Below, piece after piece: positions 60,467-64,000 of a stretch of DNA of 64,000 nt. The notes under the pieces were generated by a model. The model had not been told where the DNA came from and made no database searches. It worked only from the letters and a program-made list of their open reading frames with translations. Each line of letters starts with the position of its first letter. The first letter of the stretch is position 1. The stretch comes from Alphaproteobacteria bacterium. Lineage in GTDB: Bacteria > Pseudomonadota > Alphaproteobacteria > SP197. A program made the position numbers and the translations under genes. Where the stretch lies: contig OZ219747.1 in assembly GCA_964291265.2 (NCBI GenBank), positions 1,472,001 through 1,536,000 on the forward strand, in the 5' to 3' direction.

Positions 60467-60921
60467 GGCCGATCCTCGGCGTGCCGGTTGCGGCGCAGAG
60501 CGAAGAAGACCACCAGGGCGCCGCCCGCGAGTGCCACCAGCGGTGCTCCCCAGAGCAACGCCGTGTCACCGCGCAGGGGTGGCTTGAGAAGGACGTAGTC
60601 ACCGTAACGCTCGACGATCCAGGCCACGGCCGCCTCGTCGCTGTCCCCCACCTCGATGCGCTGGCGCAGGAGTACTCTCAGGTCACGCGCCAGGGGCGCA
60701 TCGGAATCCTCGATCGACTGGTTCTGGCAGACCAGGCAGCGCAGTTCGCGCCCCAGATCACGGGCGCGCGCCTCCCTGGCCGGATCGGCGAGAATCTCGT
60801 CGGGCTCCACGGCATGGAGAGGATCCGGCGCGGTGAGGATGAGCAGAGCGGTAAGGGGAAGGGTGCGCAGCATGGCCCGCCAGGCGTTTCGAGGCACCCG
60901 GCGTCGGTGGCGGCCGATCAT
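60463..60921 (-). CDS. ccmH: Cytochrome c biogenesis protein CcmH/CycL
   Basis: AVEPDEIL, LRCLVCQNQSIEDSDA, RYGDYVLLKP; alternative start 60873. Confidence 0.92.
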   Translation of the reverse strand: MIGRHRRRVPRNAWRAMLRTLPLTALLILTAPDPLHAVEPDEILADPAREARARDLGRELRCLVCQNQSIEDSDAPLARDLRVLLRQRIEVGDSDEAAVAWIVERYGDYVLLKPPLRGDTALLWGAPLVALAGGALVVFFALRRNRHAEDRP

Positions 60922-62855
60922 GGCGGCATCCCTCTCCGGCGGACAAGTCCGATGGCGCCTCCTGCCGCCATCAGCAGGGCGCCGCCCCAGATCCACGGGA
61001 CCAGGGGGTTGTGGTAGAGGCGCACGACATGGGCGCCGTCGCCGACGGCATCGCCGATGACGACGTAGAGATCGGCGAAGAGAGTGGTGTGAATGGCGGC
61101 TTCCGTCGTCTGCGTCGCCTGGACGAGATAGGCGCGGCGTTCCGGTTCGAGGCGGGTGATGTAGCGGCCGCCTGCCGTCACGAGGAATGTGCCGCGCTCG
61201 GCATCGTAGTTGGGTCCCGCAACCATCTCCACTCCTTCGAAGACGAGCGTGTATCCGGCGATGTCCTGGCGATCGCCCGCCGCCATGGTGCGGATGATCT
61301 CCGTCTGCCAGGCCGACGACGCCGTCACGCCGGCGACAAGCACAGCCAGACCGAGGTGGGCGAGGCTCATCGCATGGGACGCCGCCGGCAGTGTTCGGGC
61401 CCGTTGCCAGCTTTGTCGCAGAGGACTTCGCAAGACCCTGATTCGCTCCCCGTACTCGAGGACCACCGACCCGGCGATCCAGACCGAGAGTGCGATACCG
61501 AAGGCCGGGAGAGGCGATGTCTGCAGTGTCCGCCACCACACGACGCCCAGGGTCGCCACCGAGACCAGCGCCAGCAGCTTGAGGCGCCCCAGCACTCCGG
61601 CGAGATCGGCCCGTTTCCAAGGCGCCATCATGCCGAGGGCCACGAGGAGCAGGAGCGGAACCATGAGCGGGACGAAGACGATCTCGTAGTAGGGCGGCCC
61701 GACGGATACGGTGGCGCCGCCCAGGACATCGAGGAGCAGGGGATAGAGGGTTCCCGTCAGCACCGTGAAGCAGCCGGCGGCGAGGAAGAGATTGTTGAGG
61801 ACCAGCGCTCCCTCGCGGCTCACCGGAGCGAAGAGGCCGCCCGGCCGCAGCGACGGCGCCCGCATCGCATAGAGCGCCAGGGCGCCGCCGATGGCTGCCG
61901 TCAGGATGGCGAGAATGAAGACGCCGCGCGCCGGATCGACCGCGAAGGCATGGACGGAGGTGAGGACGCCGGAGCGCACCAGGAACGTGCCGAGCAGGCT
62001 GAGCGAGAATGCGAGGATCGCCAGCAGGATGGTCCAACTCTTCAGAGCCTCCCGTTTGTCGGTCACGATCGTGGAATGAAGAAGGGCGGTGGCCGCCAGC
62101 CACGGCATGAAGGAGGCGTTCTCCACGGGATCCCAGAACCACCATCCGCCCCATCCGAGTTCGTAGTAGGCCCACCAGCTGCCCAGAGCGATCCCCGTGG
62201 TGAGGAAAGTCCATGACGCGAGCGTGAAGGGGCGCACCCACCTGGCCCAGCGCCGGTCGACCCGGCCCTCGATGAGGGCCGCCACGGCAAAGGCGAAGGT
62301 CACCGACAGACCGACATAGCCGAGATAGAGAAACGGCGGGTGGAAGGCGAGGCCGGGGTCCTGGAGGATGGGGTTGAGATCGCGGCCGTCGGCGGGCGGC
62401 GGGTCGAGGCGTTCGAAGGGATTGGAGGTGAAAAGGGAAAACGCGAGGAAGCCGGCCGCGATGAGCCCGAGGACGCCGAGAACCCTTGCCTTCGTCTCCA
62501 GTGGCAGGCGTTCGCCGCGAAGGGCGACCGCGAGGCCGAAGAGGGCGAGGATCAGGACCCAGAGGACGAGGGAGCCCTCGTGATTGCCCCACACGCCGGT
62601 CACCTTGTAGAGCATCGGCTTCAGGGAATGGGAGTTCTCGAAGACGTTGCGCAGCGAGAAGTCCGAGTGGATGTAGGCCAGGGTGAGGGCGGTGAAGGCG
62701 ATCATCGTCATGGCTGCCTGGGCGAGCGCGGCGCCGCCTGCCAGTTTCATCCACGCTTCGTGGCCGCGGGCCGCGCCGGCAATCGGCAGCGTGCCCTGAA
62801 GCAGGGCAAGGACGAAGGCCACGATCAGTGCAAAATGACCGGTTTCGGCAATCAA
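60918..62855 (-). CDS. ccmF: Heme lyase CcmF
   Basis: WGNHEGS, HPPFLYLGY, WAYYELGWGGWWFWDPVEN, SVHAF. Confidence 0.97.
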   Translation of the reverse strand: MIAETGHFALIVAFVLALLQGTLPIAGAARGHEAWMKLAGGAALAQAAMTMIAFTALTLAYIHSDFSLRNVFENSHSLKPMLYKVTGVWGNHEGSLVLWVLILALFGLAVALRGERLPLETKARVLGVLGLIAAGFLAFSLFTSNPFERLDPPPADGRDLNPILQDPGLAFHPPFLYLGYVGLSVTFAFAVAALIEGRVDRRWARWVRPFTLASWTFLTTGIALGSWWAYYELGWGGWWFWDPVENASFMPWLAATALLHSTIVTDKREALKSWTILLAILAFSLSLLGTFLVRSGVLTSVHAFAVDPARGVFILAILTAAIGGALALYAMRAPSLRPGGLFAPVSREGALVLNNLFLAAGCFTVLTGTLYPLLLDVLGGATVSVGPPYYEIVFVPLMVPLLLLVALGMMAPWKRADLAGVLGRLKLLALVSVATLGVVWWRTLQTSPLPAFGIALSVWIAGSVVLEYGERIRVLRSPLRQSWQRARTLPAASHAMSLAHLGLAVLVAGVTASSAWQTEIIRTMAAGDRQDIAGYTLVFEGVEMVAGPNYDAERGTFLVTAGGRYITRLEPERRAYLVQATQTTEAAIHTTLFADLYVVIGDAVGDGAHVVRLYHNPLVPWIWGGALLMAAGGAIGLVRRRGMPP

Positions 62856-62871
62856 GGCGCCACGTTGCCTG

Positions 62872-63396
62872 TCAACGCAGTTTCTTCAGGTAGAGATAGT
62901 AGGCGCCATCGCCTCCGTGCTGCGGTCTGGCCGGGGCGAGGGCGACGATGCGGCGGCGCATGGAGGGCTCGTTGAGCCATTCGGGTACCAGACGGCGGAG
63001 AACACCGGTGCGTTCCTCGAGGGGCCCCCTTTGTCCCTTGCCGGTGATCAGGAGAACAACCCGGTAGTTGCGTTCCTGGGAGTGGGCAAGAAAGGCCTGA
63101 AGTTCGGCATGGGCCTCGCGCTGGGTGAATCCGTGGAGATCGAGGCGATTCTCGATGGCAAGCTGGCCGCGCTTGAACCGATCCGCCTGCCGGCGGTCGA
63201 GCCCGTCGACGACACCGGGAGCAAGCGGCCTCGCAACCGTCTTGCGGGGTGTGCTCCCTGTCGGTTGCCGGTGGCGGGCGGTGACGGCCGGCCGGGGCGG
63301 CTCTGCTGGCGGATCGGCGACCGGCGACCGGTTCCTGAGCGGTGTCACCGAACGTGTCACCCGGAGCCACAGGGTGGTGTCATCATCGCACTTCAT
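62872..63396 (-). CDS. Smr/MutS2 domain protein
   Basis: LDLHGFT, LLITGKG, GVLRRLVPEWL, HGGDGAYY. Confidence 0.92.
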   Translation of the reverse strand: MKCDDDTTLWLRVTRSVTPLRNRSPVADPPAEPPRPAVTARHRQPTGSTPRKTVARPLAPGVVDGLDRRQADRFKRGQLAIENRLDLHGFTQREAHAELQAFLAHSQERNYRVVLLITGKGQRGPLEERTGVLRRLVPEWLNEPSMRRRIVALAPARPQHGGDGAYYLYLKKLR

Positions 63397-64000
63397 GCCA
63401 GCCTCCTGGCGAGATGGCGCCGGAACTCCCACAGGGTCACCTCCCTGGGGCACAAGGATCCCGGTCCGTGGTGATCACTCCTGAGGTTGCGGGCGATCGA
63501 CTCGACGTTTCGCCTGACTTCGGGATTCACGACATTGAATGTTCTCTTCATGTCGTCCCGGAAGGCGGCATATCCGGCGTCATCCGCCGGGACCACGGAT
63601 CGTGCCGTGGTCCCGTCCCACGGCGCCCCGGCGTGATCGACATCCTCGGGTTGCCATGACATCCAGTATCCGCGCTGCAGGTTGGTGGAGGCCACGTCAC
63701 CCGGGTAGATGTGCATGAGGGGAAAGCGTCGGTGGGCCTGGTCGCTGGCATCCGGCCGGGTGAGGTCCATCCAGTGGGTGATCCGGTCCGCTTCTCCCGG
63801 TTCACAGTGCACGCCCGGGGTCGGGGGGCAGGGCTGCAGGGTCTCCCGGTGACTGGAGAAGAGGTGATAGCTCTCCGTGATGTTCTCTGCAGGAGTCGTC
63901 CAGTTGCAGGCCCTGACCTCGTTGGCGCGCAACACCATGGCCTGGTCTGCCGGGTACCATGGGGTGATCCGTGACGACAGCAGTGTCACGTTGGCATCGA
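63393..64000 (-). CDS. Rieske ring-hydroxylating oxygenase alpha-subunit C-terminal (catalytic) domain, partial
   Basis: CNW...ENITESYHLFSSH (E..YH....H motif) and a C-terminal helix ..LRS...G.L...E..LWEF; 5' end outside window. Confidence 0.7.
   Translation of the reverse strand, partial: DANVTLLSSRITPWYPADQAMVLRANEVRACNWTTPAENITESYHLFSSHRETLQPCPPTPGVHCEPGEADRITHWMDLTRPDASDQAHRRFPLMHIYPGDVASTNLQRGYWMSWQPEDVDHAGAPWDGTTARSVVPADDAGYAAFRDDMKRTFNVVNPEVRRNVESIARNLRSDHHGPGSLCPREVTLWEFRRHLARRLA

Overview
High-GC bacterial chromosomal window. It is most consistent with an alphaproteobacterium (Rhodospirillales-like); a host- or sponge-associated lifestyle is an inference from the gene-family mix. 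Intact metabolic operons alternate with heavily decayed mobile and defence DNA. Intact genes: arsC, two xanthine-dehydrogenase/CoxL-like molybdoenzyme loci, a CocE/NonD hydrolase, a Tat-exported peptide-binding protein, a GntR-controlled sugar ABC/GMC oxidase/enolase-family operon, D-aminoacylase, an amidinotransferase with two Qor paralogs, MoaD-PhyH-(thioesterase/HCCA-isomerase fusion), glnT-amt, an N-methylproline demethylase-like flavoprotein, an SDR, an FAD oxidoreductase, ccmF-H-I and Smr. Decayed DNA: FitAB and HicAB toxin-antitoxin pairs, hsdR, an integrase, IS66, IS630, an ISAs1/DUF4338 element, RTX fragments and frameshifted gapdh-arsJ. Four structures stand out. (1) A 3x29-bp repeat / 2x32-bp spacer mini-array with type I-E CRISPR geometry, whose repeat is a piece of the hsdR coding sequence (891-1041). 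(2) A 5.3-kb IS21-type transposon (48514-53839, TGT...ACA ends, CAAGA target duplication) carrying a zinc-finger gene, a Toprim primase-like gene and iteron-like repeats, with a solo copy of its end at 30052. (3) A 2.4-kb IS with a 754-aa transposase nested in a DUF4338-ISAs1 element (AGGTT duplication). (4) Tandem AAA-ATPase/PD-(D/E)XK paralogs made of near-identical blocks interrupted by hypervariable patches. Family calls come from motif recognition, not database searches. No rRNA, tRNA or cas genes were seen.
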